This document shows, piece by piece, positions 44,001-53,110 of a stretch of 53,498 nt of DNA. Made by a program: the position numbers and the translations under genes. Within the stretch, counting starts at the first letter, position 1. Every line of letters starts with the position of its first letter. A model generated the notes under the pieces. The model saw only the letters and a list, made by a program, of their open reading frames with translations. It was not told where the DNA came from and made no database searches. The stretch is from positions 1 to 53,498 of the forward strand of contig JALGVU010000003.1 in assembly GCA_025774545.1 (NCBI GenBank), given 5' to 3'. The stretch comes from a bacterium. GTDB lineage: Bacteria; Joyebacterota; Joyebacteria; Joyebacterales; Joyebacteraceae.

Positions 44001-45079
44001 TCGTTCTCCCAGGTGAGCCAGTAGACGTTGTCGTTCGCGTAGCTGTTCTCGTGAAACGGCTCGTTGGCGCCCTCGATCCCGAGCTCGTCGACCCAGCCGT
44101 CGACGTCCAGGCCGTAGAAGACCACGCCGTCGCCGGGATCGAACGTGCCGTCGCCGTCACCCTCGACGTCCACGGCGCACTCCTCCATCCAGGTCGGCCT
44201 CGGGTCGCCCACCAGGGCCGGCAGCGAGATGCCGCCTCCGGAGAACACGCGAACGGTCCCAGGGTCGATCAGATCAGCGTCGACTCCGACGGCCGCGAGG
44301 TCGCCGTGGTCGACCCGGTAGAGACCGGTCTCTTCGAGCGTCAGCTTGACCCAATTGGAGGACGTCGTGAAGTAGTCGTCGCGTCCTGGAACGCGCCGCT
44401 CGACCCGCCCGCGCCGCCACGCCCGCCCGCTCTCGTAGTTCGCGAGAAGCGACTCGAGCATGCGCTCGCGCCGCGGCAGGTCCGAGGAACGCGGCGACTG
44501 CCTCTTGATGCCCTGGAACGTCAGGGCGACCTCGATCGATCGGTGGCTCAGGAGGAGTTCCTCCTGTGGATTCGTCTGGCAGGGGTAGATCGCGACCGCG
44601 ACCGTCCGCTGCGTCGTCGTCCAGCGCGGACCGGACATGGTCGCCGCCTCGCGGGGCCAGAGGCCCTCCTCGCGATACGGCCCACCCTCGACATACACGT
44701 ACTCCGAGAGCCCTCCCCCCTCGACCGACAGAACGGACGGCGACGGTACGACGCGGACCCCCGACTCGGTCACGGTGCCATCGACCGAGACTCGGAAGTT
44801 GACGCGCTCGCAGTCAGGGATCGCGACCCTCACCCGCACGACCGGCAGCGCGGGCGCCCCCGGCACGCTCGCGACGTCGGCCCCGTCGATCGTCACCCCG
44901 GTGTACTCGCGATCACCGATGCGAAGGACGCGCGTCGAGAGCCGGCCGGACTCGTATCTCAGGATCACTCCGTCCTCGCTCGAGGACACGAGCTCGACCG
45001 CTCTCTCCTCCCTGGCCTCCGTGGGGGGAACCGCGGCGATGAAGAGAACCGCGATGATGAGGAAGGCCGCGCGTGTCAT
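41024..45079 (-). CDS. porU: PorU-like T9SS sortase (gingipain/C25 peptidase) with propeptide and FlgD-Ig/CTD
   Basis: C25 propeptide-like N-terminus; VYDEFSWG.VDPTAIR, LLLGDAS, GRLP, NYTGHG (His), ASCRLNKFD (Cys), LVGDP; C-terminal PNPF..WDGRD..LANGVYLYRI. Confidence 0.85.
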   Translation of the reverse strand: MTRAAFLIIAVLFIAAVPPTEAREERAVELVSSSEDGVILRYESGRLSTRVLRIGDREYTGVTIDGADVASVPGAPALPVVRVRVAIPDCERVNFRVSVDGTVTESGVRVVPSPSVLSVEGGGLSEYVYVEGGPYREEGLWPREAATMSGPRWTTTQRTVAVAIYPCQTNPQEELLLSHRSIEVALTFQGIKRQSPRSSDLPRRERMLESLLANYESGRAWRRGRVERRVPGRDDYFTTSSNWVKLTLEETGLYRVDHGDLAAVGVDADLIDPGTVRVFSGGGISLPALVGDPRPTWMEECAVDVEGDGDGTFDPGDGVVFYGLDVDGWVDELGIEGANEPFHENSYANDNVYWLTWENEGTPSGFTDPPRRMAEDDLQSSPTPIPAADYRARAHLEGNVFEFEGRGDSWYWLQMQSDRIPESDYFHAEQIVADFGEFVHGHFSHIVTDSTGLLRVRVDGNSSEGGHPDHRTEFTLNGTLAHVAEWDGYSRYVFEEDGLPMRTEPQYNTLEIHVPRADPLTERDHILIDWYELEYWRELSAVDAQLRFGSSGRTGIVDYSVDGFDGTAGAAYKVIDKFTLRTVPGVTLTDGRLTFQDEVADTAAYVVVSDVGHMRPTIEVDDFGDLRPPGSADYMIIAHDDFHDAGARLKSHRQSSSGGGFSVQLVRLSDVYDEFSWGVVDPTAIRNYLMHVWDSWDVPPTHVLLLGDASSDYRQYQATSSPCLVPTYYTGALHWPTDLWFVGFEDYEYDPAMALGRLPVTTAGEAATMIDKIEHYDTELEPGLWKNTVMLVADDEFKGLDGDGQPIGNPEYYHTVQAEMIDDLVLPWPIDRRKIFLMEYDHDAVGNKAGARADIVEAWNDGALVMNYTGHGNELLMAHENVFLFDDIPRLHNIDRLPLFFAASCRLNKFDQRTGDSLGEALAKSPIGGTIASIGSTRDSGAGQNSELNRSFLKYVFGHQQVDPAAVLDIGQAFQNGFITTAIDHSDWLNNTRFILVGDPAVTLAAPRGGGEIDDDGLLPLKRRDTVEIAGENTGETEGLGGVAILWVTDSADTSGYDQEWPQHAPAHVDYDLPGETIFVGPVSVAGGEFSGQFVVSTLAREGRHGRIRGYFYDGNVDGAFSLENVTIADSVDVTDATGPSIDISFDGGSTSVLPGSEFTVTIHDPNGVNLVDRRAADGIVLTIEGEPDTTVITDEFLYDIGSHESGIITYALPALDFRGYTLSVGATDNIGNRTTRNLWIEVVSSADFKIRSVASSPNPFPDGGDEGTTILFQLPVAAEVRIDVFTVGGRLIRTIDDIVASPGANQVYWDGRDQQNDELANGVYLYRIQATSLTYRGDRAEAIGRAVVMR

Positions 45080-45088
45080 CCGTCCTCC

Positions 45089-45544
45089 TTAGGCAGTTGC
45101 CCCAGTGAAGGCGCAGCTGATGTCGCTTCTGTTCATGATCCCGACGAGCCTGCCCTCACCGTCGACCACGGGTATGAGCACGAGCTTACGATTCAGCATG
45201 AGCGCGGCGACCTTCATGATCGACGTCTCCGGTCCGACGACCACGGGATCGGCGACCATCACGTCCTCGGCCAGAAACAGCGACGGCTCGATCTCGGCCA
45301 TCGTCTGAGCCTCGATCGCGCCGAGATCGTCGAGGAAGGCGAGCTCATCGAACATCGAGAGGTAGTGAGGGATGAAGATGTTGATGAGCTCCTCATGCGT
45401 GACGACGCCCAGGAGGCGCCGCTCGTCGTCCACAACGGGGACGCCGGTTATGCGGTGTCTCTTCATGGTTGACGCGATCTCCGCCACGTTCGCGGCCCGT
45501 CCCACCGTGATTACGTCGGTCGTCATGTAGTTGCGGGCCTTCAT
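45089..45544 (-). CDS. CBS domain-pair protein
   Basis: Two M..D..V / PVVD..G repeats. Confidence 0.9.
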   Translation of the reverse strand: MKARNYMTTDVITVGRAANVAEIASTMKRHRITGVPVVDDERRLLGVVTHEELINIFIPHYLSMFDELAFLDDLGAIEAQTMAEIEPSLFLAEDVMVADPVVVGPETSIMKVAALMLNRKLVLIPVVDGEGRLVGIMNRSDISCAFTGATA

Positions 45545-45586
45545 GCTCCCCCCGCGTTCGGAGGCGGCCGGGAACCGGACCCCCGC

Positions 45587-45647
45587 GCCCCTCGGCGGAC
45601 GTGACTCCGCCCCTCGGCGGACGCGATCCTGAGCCCTCGGACGATCA
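45587..45647. repeat. 22-bp tandem repeat (2 copies plus a degenerate third) abutting the PTS-IIA stop
   Basis: gcccctcggcggacg at 45587 and 45609; gccctcggacg at ~45633. Confidence 0.7.
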
Positions 45648-46103
45648 ACCGACCGAGTCCAGAAGCGCGAGAACCTCAGCGACCGACTCCGTCTTCAGGA
45701 GAGACTCCCGATTCGCCTGGTCCTTCATGAGAAACGAGAGCCTGGCCATCAGGTTCAGATAGACCCGCGAGGGCTCCAGCTCACGAGGGGCCCCAATGAG
45801 AAATATGAGCCTCACGGGTTCGCTGTCAAGGGCACCGAAATCGACGTCCCCGGCCGCCCTGCCGAAGGCGAACACGACGCTCGAGACCGCCTCGCTCTTG
45901 GCGTGCGGGAACGCGACGCCGTAGCCGACGCCCGTCGTCACGAGTTCCTCCCTCGCGAGAACGTCGCGAAGGAGCGCGTCGCGGTCGGAGACGATCGGCG
46001 AAAGGCCCAGGAGCCCCGCCATCGATGCGATGACCTCTTCCTTGGTGCCGGGCGCGACCGCGAGGTCGATCAGCTTCGCGCCGGTGAATGAGGAGAGCTT
46101 CAA
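45645..46103 (-). CDS. PTS EIIA-like protein (Fru/Ntr family)
   Basis: AREELVTTGVGYGVAFPHAK with phospho-His; DFGALDSEPVRLIFL. Confidence 0.9.
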   Translation of the reverse strand: MKLSSFTGAKLIDLAVAPGTKEEVIASMAGLLGLSPIVSDRDALLRDVLAREELVTTGVGYGVAFPHAKSEAVSSVVFAFGRAAGDVDFGALDSEPVRLIFLIGAPRELEPSRVYLNLMARLSFLMKDQANRESLLKTESVAEVLALLDSVG

Positions 46104-46129
46104 GGGTCACGAACTCCTGTCTCTTGGGC

Positions 46130-46552
46130 TCAGGCGACCAGGTTCCGGGCCGCCACGAGGAGCGCGACGGCGACGATGCCGACCTGCCACCAAGCGTGCC
46201 GCGCGGGAAGCGTCCTCCCGTGCGGAACGAATCTGCGGAGCCACGGGGCGTGCCCCGGGAACATCTTCCGTCTCGCCGGGAGCAGGCCCATCCGCCAGAA
46301 GAGGTTCTCGACGTCGGGCACCGCTCCACCGACGGCGCCCCAGAACGCGGTCGTGTGGCCCATACCTGCGACGAGCATGGCACCGAAGGCCACGGCGACG
46401 ACCGTCACCTCGAGCCACGTCTTCTCGTACTCGGAGTGGGGGATCACGTCGAGCGGAATGTGGCTCAGGAGACCGAGCGTGAACGCTGCTCCCCTCCCCC
46501 CCACGAACGACCCGACGGCCGCGCCGACCGCCATGTGGACGAGGACGGTCAC
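46130..46552 (-). CDS. Small membrane protein with His/Asp motifs (metal-dependent hydrolase-like)
   Basis: HMAVG, SHIPLDVIPH, GGAVPD; hydrophobic segments. Confidence 0.65.
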   Translation of the reverse strand: MTVLVHMAVGAAVGSFVGGRGAAFTLGLLSHIPLDVIPHSEYEKTWLEVTVVAVAFGAMLVAGMGHTTAFWGAVGGAVPDVENLFWRMGLLPARRKMFPGHAPWLRRFVPHGRTLPARHAWWQVGIVAVALLVAARNLVA

Positions 46553-46556
46553 CGCG

Positions 46557-47513
46557 TCAGACCTCCTTGAACTCCCCCATGGCCATCAGCCTCGCGAGCC
46601 GCTTCCGCACGAGCTCCTCGGGACTCATCGCCTCGAGATCCGAGAGATGCCGGGCGATCGCCTCGCCCACGGCGCGAGCCGCGCGCTCCGGATCCCGGTG
46701 CGCGCCGCCGGCCGGTTCGGGGACGATCTCGTCGATGACCCCGAGTCCCATCAGGTCGTTCGCGGTGATCTTCATCGCCTCGGCGGCCTGCTGGGCGCGG
46801 GCCGCGTCCCTGAAGAGGATCGAGGCGCACCCCTCGGGAGAGATCACCGAGTAGATCGCGTACTCGAGCATCAGGACGCGGTCGCCGACCCCGATGCCCA
46901 GGGCGCCGCCGCTCCCGCCCTCGCCGATCACGACGACGACGATCGGAACGGGCAGCCGGGACATCTCGTGGAGGTTGTACGCGATCGCCTCCGCCTGGCC
47001 GCGTTCCTCGGCCCCGATGCCGGGATACGCGCCGGGCGTGTCGACGAACGTGATGATCGGCCGGCCGAACTTCCCCGCCAGCGACATGAGCCTCAGAGCC
47101 TTCCGGTAGCCCTCCGGGTGAGCCATCCCGAAGTTCCGCCGGATGTTCTCCTTCGTGTCACGCCCCTTCTGGTGCCCGACGATGACCACCTTGCGATCGC
47201 CGAAGAAGCCCAAGCCCCCCACCATGGCCTCGTCGTCTCCGAACCGCCTGTCGCCGTGCAGCTCGGTGAAGTCGACTCCGAGCATCCGGATGTAGTCGGC
47301 CGTGTACGGCCGCCGCGGGTGCCGCGCGATCTGCGTCACCTGCCAGCGCGTCAGCTTGCCGTAGATCTGCCGGCGGAGGTCCTCCGCCTTGGCCTCGAGC
47401 CGGTGGAGCTCCTTCGCCACGTCGATGTTCTGGCTGTCGGCGAAGCTCCTCAGCTCGTCGATCCTCTGCTCCAGCTCGAGAAGCGGCTTCTCGAACTCCA
47501 GCCACCCGGCCAT
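46557..47513 (-). CDS. accA: Acetyl-CoA carboxylase carboxyltransferase alpha
   Basis: [42 protein letters not shown]. Confidence 0.97.
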   Translation of the reverse strand: MAGWLEFEKPLLELEQRIDELRSFADSQNIDVAKELHRLEAKAEDLRRQIYGKLTRWQVTQIARHPRRPYTADYIRMLGVDFTELHGDRRFGDDEAMVGGLGFFGDRKVVIVGHQKGRDTKENIRRNFGMAHPEGYRKALRLMSLAGKFGRPIITFVDTPGAYPGIGAEERGQAEAIAYNLHEMSRLPVPIVVVVIGEGGSGGALGIGVGDRVLMLEYAIYSVISPEGCASILFRDAARAQQAAEAMKITANDLMGLGVIDEIVPEPAGGAHRDPERAARAVGEAIARHLSDLEAMSPEELVRKRLARLMAMGEFKEV

Positions 47514-47596
47514 GTCGTTCTCCGTTCGTTTGGCGGGAGCGCCGCCGGCCGCCGCGCACAGAGGCGAAGGCACGACGCGGCGTCGCGCCGACCCCG

Positions 47597-48346
47597 TCAG
47601 AAGATGTCGTAGAACGTGAAGGCGATCGATCTGCTCGCGAGCCCCGGCGAATCGCGGGGCCCGACCAGGTTCCTGAACATGAAATCGAGCTGCAGCTGAT
47701 CCATGAAGACCCAGCGGAGCCCGGCGTTCAGGAAGCCCGTCTTGCTGCCCGAGTCGTCGTCCGTCCTGTCGGTGCCGACGTGGTACTCGGCGAGGATCGA
47801 GAACTCCTGCGAGAAACGGGCGCTCACCCCGGCGAAGAAATCCGGCTTCGCCTTCGGAAGCTCGAGCGTCCTCGCCACGCCGGCGTGGGCCTGCCAGTAC
47901 TCCGAGAAGGGCAGCGTCTTCGTGCCCACGACGTAGAACCCGAGCGAGGCCTTCTCGTAGCCTCCCCCCTCGAGCTCCCGACCGTGGCCTCTCGAGTCGA
48001 ACCCGAAGGCCAGGCCGGGGATCGCGGGCTGCTCCTCGGCGAACCTGAGCTTCACCTCGATCTCGACCGAGTCGTCCCACTCGGGGTCGCCCGTGCCGAT
48101 GATGCTCGTCGCGCCGTACGAGAGGCCCACATGAAGATAGGGCGCGACGCCGATCCTGATACTCCCGACGACGCCCCCCGCAGGCTCCACGGCGAGCCCC
48201 AGGGAGTAGCTCCCGCGGCCCAGCGTGTGCGCCGACGGCAGGTCGACCAGGGTGGCGAAGCGCTCGTCACCCGAGCACACGCCGCACGCTGCCACGAGAA
48301 GCACACACACGAGGACGCCTCGCGCCCGAGAAGACCCCATGACCAT
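47597..48346 (-). CDS. YjbH-like outer-membrane barrel protein
   Basis: Signal peptide; [30 protein letters not shown]; C-terminal F. Confidence 0.6.
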   Translation of the reverse strand: MVMGSSRARGVLVCVLLVAACGVCSGDERFATLVDLPSAHTLGRGSYSLGLAVEPAGGVVGSIRIGVAPYLHVGLSYGATSIIGTGDPEWDDSVEIEVKLRFAEEQPAIPGLAFGFDSRGHGRELEGGGYEKASLGFYVVGTKTLPFSEYWQAHAGVARTLELPKAKPDFFAGVSARFSQEFSILAEYHVGTDRTDDDSGSKTGFLNAGLRWVFMDQLQLDFMFRNLVGPRDSPGLASRSIAFTFYDIF

Positions 48347-48388
48347 CCCCCCTCGACTTCCCGGAAGACCGCCAGAATGTTGCAGCAG

Positions 48389-48417
48389 AATATAGCAACT
48401 CCGCATCAGGCTGTCAA
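48389..48417 (-). promoter_or_regulatory. Near-consensus sigma-70 promoter
   Basis: Minus strand TTGACA-N17-TATATT with TGn extension, about 43 bp upstream of the ATG at 48346. Confidence 0.75.
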
Positions 48418-48459
48418 TTAGAAACGCGCGCGGGAGCCTCGGTCCTGCCCTGGGCCGCG

Positions 48460-51400
48460 TCAGAATCCTGGATTGGGGGCCCGCGCACCGAGGACCGAGC
48501 CCTCGAGCTCGACGTTGGCCTCGCCGACCATCCCCTCGAGCCCCTCGAGGAGATCGCGCGACGTCTCGACCTTGAGTCCGCTCGCGCTGATCGTGACCTC
48601 GCCGCCCGTGGCCGGCTGCACGATGAGGTCGACCGGACACCGCCCGGGATGCGCTGCGAGGAGGTTCCTCAGGTCCTCGAGCGGAGGGTTCTCGAGCCCG
48701 GCGCTCGTGATCCTGATCACGACGCGCTCGACGAACCGCTGGTACGCCGACGGGAGCGGAACGACGTCGTTCGCGATCACCTTCGGCACCTCGTCCTCCC
48801 GCGTCGAGATCCTCCCCTCGATGATGACGGCCGCGTCGCGCCGGATCTCGGCGGATCGCTTCGCGTAGCAGCTCGAGAAGACGAGGAGCTCGATCCGCCC
48901 GGTGAAGTCCTCGAGCGTCACGAACGCCATCCGGTCGCCCTTCCGGTCGGTCGTCGTCTTGATCTGCGAGATGATGCCGCCGAGCCGCACGGCCTCGCCG
49001 TCCTCCATCTCCGGGAGGTCGTTGATCGACGCCGTCGCGAACGCCTTGAGCTCCCGCTCGTACCGCGCGAGGGGATGACCCGTCACGTAGAGGCCGAGAA
49101 TCTCCTTCTCCTTCGCGAGGGCGAAGCTGTCGCTCCACGCCTCTGCCTCCGGAAGCCTCCTCGGCCTCTTCTGGGCGCCCTCCGTCTCGTCGAGCGCGCC
49201 CATGAGCGACAGCTGTCCCGACGCGCGCTCCTCGTGGATCCGAGCACCGAAGTCGAGGGCCGAGGCAACGGATTTCATCTGTTGGGCGCGGTGCCCATGC
49301 AGGCCGTCCATGGCACCCGCGGCCACGAGGCTCTCGAGCACCCGGCGGTTCACGAGCCTCAGATCGACGCGGCTCGTCAGATCGAAGATGTCCTCGAACG
49401 TCCCGTGCTCGCGACGGGCGCCGATGATCGACCTGATCGCCGCGCGGCCGACGTTCTTGATCGCGCCGAGGCCGAACTGGATGTCGCCACGCGGCGTGGC
49501 GCGGAACTCGACGTGTCCCTCGTTGACCTCCGGCGGGAGGACGCGGATGCCGCTCCTGCGACACTCGTGGATGAGCGCCACGATGCGATCCGAGTTGTCC
49601 ATCTCGCTCGTCATCGTCGCGGCCATGAACTCGGCCGGGTAGTGCGTCTTGAGATACGCCGTCCGCACCGCGAGGATCGCGTAGCAGGCCGAGTGGGCCT
49701 TGTTGAAGCCGTAGCCCGAGAAGTGCTCCATGTGGTCGAAGATCTCACCGGCCTTCTTCTCGGAAACGCCCCGCTCGACCGCCCCCTTGACGAAGTCGGT
49801 GCGCTGAAGCGCCATCTGCTCGACGACCTTCTTCCGCATCGCGTTCAGGAGGTGGTCGGCCTGGCCCATCGAGAAGCCGGCGAGCGTGCTCGCGACCTGC
49901 ATCACCTGCTCCTGGTACGCGATGACGCCGTAGGTCTCGGCGAGCACGGGCTCGAGCCCCTTGTGGAGATACCTGACCTTCTGCTTGCCCTGCTTCCTCT
50001 TGACGTAGTCGTCGACCATTCCCGATCTGAGGGGACCCGGACGGTAGAGCGCGTTCACGGCGATCATGTCCTCGAACCGCTCGGGCTTCATCTTCCGGAG
50101 GAGGTCGCGCATGCCCGACGACTCGACCTGGAAGACGCCGACCGTGTTCCCGGTGCTCAGAAGCTCGAAGGTCTCGGGATCGTCGAGCGGGATCTCGTCT
50201 GGAGACAGATCGACGCCCCGGTTCTCGCGGATCATCGCCAGAGCGTCGTGGATGACCGTGAGGGTCCGGAGTCCCAGGAAGTCGAACTTCAATAGCCCGA
50301 TCTGCGCGAGCGAGCGCATGTGGTACTGCGTGACGATCTCGTCACGGTTGGTCTTGTAGAGCGGCGCCCACTCGTCGATCCTGCCGGGCGCGATGATGAC
50401 GCCCGCCGCGTGCACCGACGCGTGCCGCGAGAGCCCCTCGAGGTTCTTCGCGTACTCGATGAGACGGGCGTAGCGCTCGTCGGAGTCCCTGAGCTCTTTG
50501 AGCTCCGGGACCTTCTCGAGGGCCTCGTCGAGCGTGATGTTGAGCTCGCGAGGGATCATCTTGGCGATCTTGTCGACCTCGGAGTACGGGAACTTGAGCA
50601 CGCGTCCGACGTCCCTGACGGCCGCCCGGGCCATCATGGTGCCGAACGTGATCACCTGGGCCACCGACTCCCGCCCATACTTCTGGGTCACGTAGTCGAT
50701 GACCTCGTCCCGGCGCTCGTAGCAGAAATCGATGTCGAAGTCCGGCATCGCCTTGCGCGCGGGGTTCAGGAAACGCTCGAAGACGAGCCCGAACCTGAGG
50801 GGATCGAGTTCCGTGATCCCGAGCGCGTAGCTCACGATGCTCGCCGCCGCCGACCCGCGCCCGGGCCCGACCGGAATGCCCCGCCGCTTCGCCTCGTGGA
50901 TGAAGTCGTGCACGATCAGGAAGTAGCCGGCGAAGCCCATCTCGTCGATGAGCCGAAGCTCCTTCGCCGCACGCTCCTCGATCTCGGGCGTGACTTCGTC
51001 GTAGCGTCTCGCGAGCCCGTCGTCGGTGAGCGCCCTCAGGTGCTCAGACGGAGCCGAGTACCCGGCGGGCAGAAGGAAGCGCGGCATGTGGACCTTGCCG
51101 AACTCGAGCGAGAGGCTGCACTTCTCGGCGATCTCGATCGTGTTCTCGTAGGCCCCGGGCATGTCGCGGAAGAGCTCCCTCATCTCGTCCGGCGACTTCA
51201 TGTAGAACTCGTCGTTCGGCATCCGCATCCGGTTGGGGTCGTCGATCTCCTTGCCGGTCTGGATACAGAGCAGGACGTCGTGGGCCGGCGCGGCCTCCCT
51301 GGTGAGATAGTGGCAGTCGTTGGCCGCCACGAGCGGAATCCCGAGTTCGCGGCCGAGCCGGGCGTAGCCCGACCTCACGACCTCCTCCTCCGGCAGGCCG

Positions 51401-51942
51401 TGGTTGTGGACCTCGAGATAGAGGTCACCCTCGCCGAAGATCTCCACGAGCTCGATCACGGACTCGCGAGCGGCGTCCTCGTTGCCGGACAGAAGCTGCT
51501 TCGCGGGCGCGCCGCGGAGGCAGGCCGTCGTCGCGATGAGACCGTCCTGGTGCTCCCGCAGAAGCTCCAGATCGATCCGTGGACGGTAGTAGAAACCCTC
51601 GAGGTAGCCCTTGGTGGAGAGCTGCATCAGGTTCTGGTAACCGGTGAGGTTCTTCGCGAGCAGCAGGATGTGGGAGTAGCCCTCCCACATCTTCCCCTCA
51701 GGACGCGACGTGTGCCCGCGGGGATCGAGGTAGGCCTCCATGCCGATGATCGGCTTGAGCCCCGCCTGCGACGCCTTCGAGTAGAACTCGATGGCGCCGA
51801 ACATGTTGCCGTGATCCGTGATGGCGAGCGCGGGCATCCTGAGCTCGTGCGCCCGCTCGATCATCAGATCGACACGAGAGGCGCCGTCCAGGAGGCTGTA
51901 CTCGGAGTGGTTGTGGATGTGGACGAAGTCTGCGTGCTTCAT
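48460..51942 (-). CDS. dnaE: DNA polymerase III alpha subunit
   Basis: HIHNHSEYSLLDG PHP domain, GPGRGSAA, PDFDIDF, KFDFLGL, YGFNKAH, OB fold; no intein-sized insertion. Confidence 0.98.
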   Translation of the reverse strand: MKHADFVHIHNHSEYSLLDGASRVDLMIERAHELRMPALAITDHGNMFGAIEFYSKASQAGLKPIIGMEAYLDPRGHTSRPEGKMWEGYSHILLLAKNLTGYQNLMQLSTKGYLEGFYYRPRIDLELLREHQDGLIATTACLRGAPAKQLLSGNEDAARESVIELVEIFGEGDLYLEVHNHGLPEEEVVRSGYARLGRELGIPLVAANDCHYLTREAAPAHDVLLCIQTGKEIDDPNRMRMPNDEFYMKSPDEMRELFRDMPGAYENTIEIAEKCSLSLEFGKVHMPRFLLPAGYSAPSEHLRALTDDGLARRYDEVTPEIEERAAKELRLIDEMGFAGYFLIVHDFIHEAKRRGIPVGPGRGSAAASIVSYALGITELDPLRFGLVFERFLNPARKAMPDFDIDFCYERRDEVIDYVTQKYGRESVAQVITFGTMMARAAVRDVGRVLKFPYSEVDKIAKMIPRELNITLDEALEKVPELKELRDSDERYARLIEYAKNLEGLSRHASVHAAGVIIAPGRIDEWAPLYKTNRDEIVTQYHMRSLAQIGLLKFDFLGLRTLTVIHDALAMIRENRGVDLSPDEIPLDDPETFELLSTGNTVGVFQVESSGMRDLLRKMKPERFEDMIAVNALYRPGPLRSGMVDDYVKRKQGKQKVRYLHKGLEPVLAETYGVIAYQEQVMQVASTLAGFSMGQADHLLNAMRKKVVEQMALQRTDFVKGAVERGVSEKKAGEIFDHMEHFSGYGFNKAHSACYAILAVRTAYLKTHYPAEFMAATMTSEMDNSDRIVALIHECRRSGIRVLPPEVNEGHVEFRATPRGDIQFGLGAIKNVGRAAIRSIIGARREHGTFEDIFDLTSRVDLRLVNRRVLESLVAAGAMDGLHGHRAQQMKSVASALDFGARIHEERASGQLSLMGALDETEGAQKRPRRLPEAEAWSDSFALAKEKEILGLYVTGHPLARYERELKAFATASINDLPEMEDGEAVRLGGIISQIKTTTDRKGDRMAFVTLEDFTGRIELLVFSSCYAKRSAEIRRDAAVIIEGRISTREDEVPKVIANDVVPLPSAYQRFVERVVIRITSAGLENPPLEDLRNLLAAHPGRCPVDLIVQPATGGEVTISASGLKVETSRDLLEGLEGMVGEANVELEGSVLGARAPNPGF

Positions 51943-52571
51943 CGTCGCTCGTGCCCGTCGCGTTCGGGCGGCCCTTCCACGTGATACCGCAGCATCGCCT
52001 CCGCCATCTCGGCGAGGCCGGACTGCTCGGCGCCGCGCAGGTAGTCGTGGGACTCCGTCAGGACCTCCGCGAGAATGCGGTGCCGGTCTACGGCGCTCAC
52101 GCTCACGAGCACGTAGAGCTGACACACGGGACCACCGCCACCGCCCGGGCCGCACGGCCGGTGGTAGACGCTGTCCTGACACGCCACCGCCACGAGGCGG
52201 TCACCGTACTCCCCTTGGATCTCCACCCGGAACGACGTGCGCTCGGTCGACGAAACGGTCGAGCGCACGCGCGCGGTCGCCGGGGCGTAGAGCTCGTTGA
52301 TCCCGAGATCCGCCTCCCGCCTGATCTGTCTGAGGGCGTCCTCGAACGCCTCCGCGATCCCGCCCTCGACGTCGCTCGCAACGGACACACCCCCGACGTA
52401 GAAGGCCCGCTCAGCCGTGTGCGCCGGGACGATCCGGACCCACCGAGGAAGCTCAGACGGCGCGGTCTCCCCCGCACCCGACGTCGTCGACGGAGCCGCG
52501 CAGCCCAGACACAGGGCCGTCGCCACCCCCATGATGAGAACTGCGACACTCACGGGCCGGTCGCGGAGCAT
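51939..52571 (-). CDS. Hypothetical lipoprotein (LPP20-like)
   Basis: Lipobox CLGC; LPRWV..FYVGG..A..DAL pattern; GGAGG RBS; stop overlaps the dnaE start. Confidence 0.6.
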   Translation of the reverse strand: MLRDRPVSVAVLIMGVATALCLGCAAPSTTSGAGETAPSELPRWVRIVPAHTAERAFYVGGVSVASDVEGGIAEAFEDALRQIRREADLGINELYAPATARVRSTVSSTERTSFRVEIQGEYGDRLVAVACQDSVYHRPCGPGGGGGPVCQLYVLVSVSAVDRHRILAEVLTESHDYLRGAEQSGLAEMAEAMLRYHVEGPPERDGHERR

Positions 52572-52688
52572 GGGGTCCCTCCTTCGCTCGTCTCTCGTTG
52601 GGGGAGCGCCGCCGCGCGCGGTCCCTCGATCGCGCACGCGCCGTCCCGGCACACGCGAGCCACACCTGAAAGGGTATCAAGAGGAGGA

Positions 52689-52733
52689 GCCGATCGTCAA
52701 CCCGGAGTGCCGATCGTCAACCCGGAGTGCCGA
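52689..52733. repeat. Perfect 20-bp tandem duplication
   Basis: gccgatcgtcaacccggagt x2 plus gccga. Confidence 0.9.
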
Positions 52734-52767
52734 AACCACCGAGCGCCGGGCGCGTGCCGCGGCCAAG

Positions 52768-52808
52768 AAAAAAGCAGACCCCTCTCGCCTCTCGGCGAAA
52801 GGGGTCCG
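52768..52808 (-). terminator. rRNA operon Rho-independent terminator
   Basis: Minus strand CGGACCCCTTTCGCC-GAGA-GGCGAGAGGGGTCTG followed by CTTTTTT, right after 5S. Confidence 0.85.
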
Positions 52809-52812
52809 TACG

Positions 52813-52930
52813 TTCCGGCAGCGTCCTACTCTCCCACAAGGTGTCCCAAGCAGTACCATCGGCGCTGGAGGGCTTAACTACTGTGTTCGAAATGGTAACA
52901 GGTGTGACCCCTCCGCCATTGCCACCGAAA
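52813..52930 (-). rRNA. rrf: 5S ribosomal RNA
   Basis: Reverse complement has CACCTGTTACCATTTCGAACACAG..GTTAAG, GCCGATGGTACTG, GTGGGAGAGTAGGACGCTGCC; about 118 nt. Confidence 0.95.
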
Positions 52931-53110
52931 CACTCTCGGGCCAGGCGCTCGGCCTGCCCCTCGTTTTTGCACCTGGCATGAGGTCAGGCGCAAGCCCAGC
53001 CCCCCGTCAGTCAAACGCGATCGCATCGCAGACTACACAAGCCAGGTGCATGTCCACAGCGACATCTCAATAGGATCGGACGGGTAGACGCGTCTTCGCT
53101 GGTTCATTAT

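Noticed and set aside
47597-49564. 655-aa ORF as a single gene
   Set aside because: Upstream part overlaps dnaE out of frame and spans a promoter; only 47597..48346 looks coding
48460-51942. Intein or split in dnaE
   Set aside because: About 1160 aa, normal length, contiguous motifs
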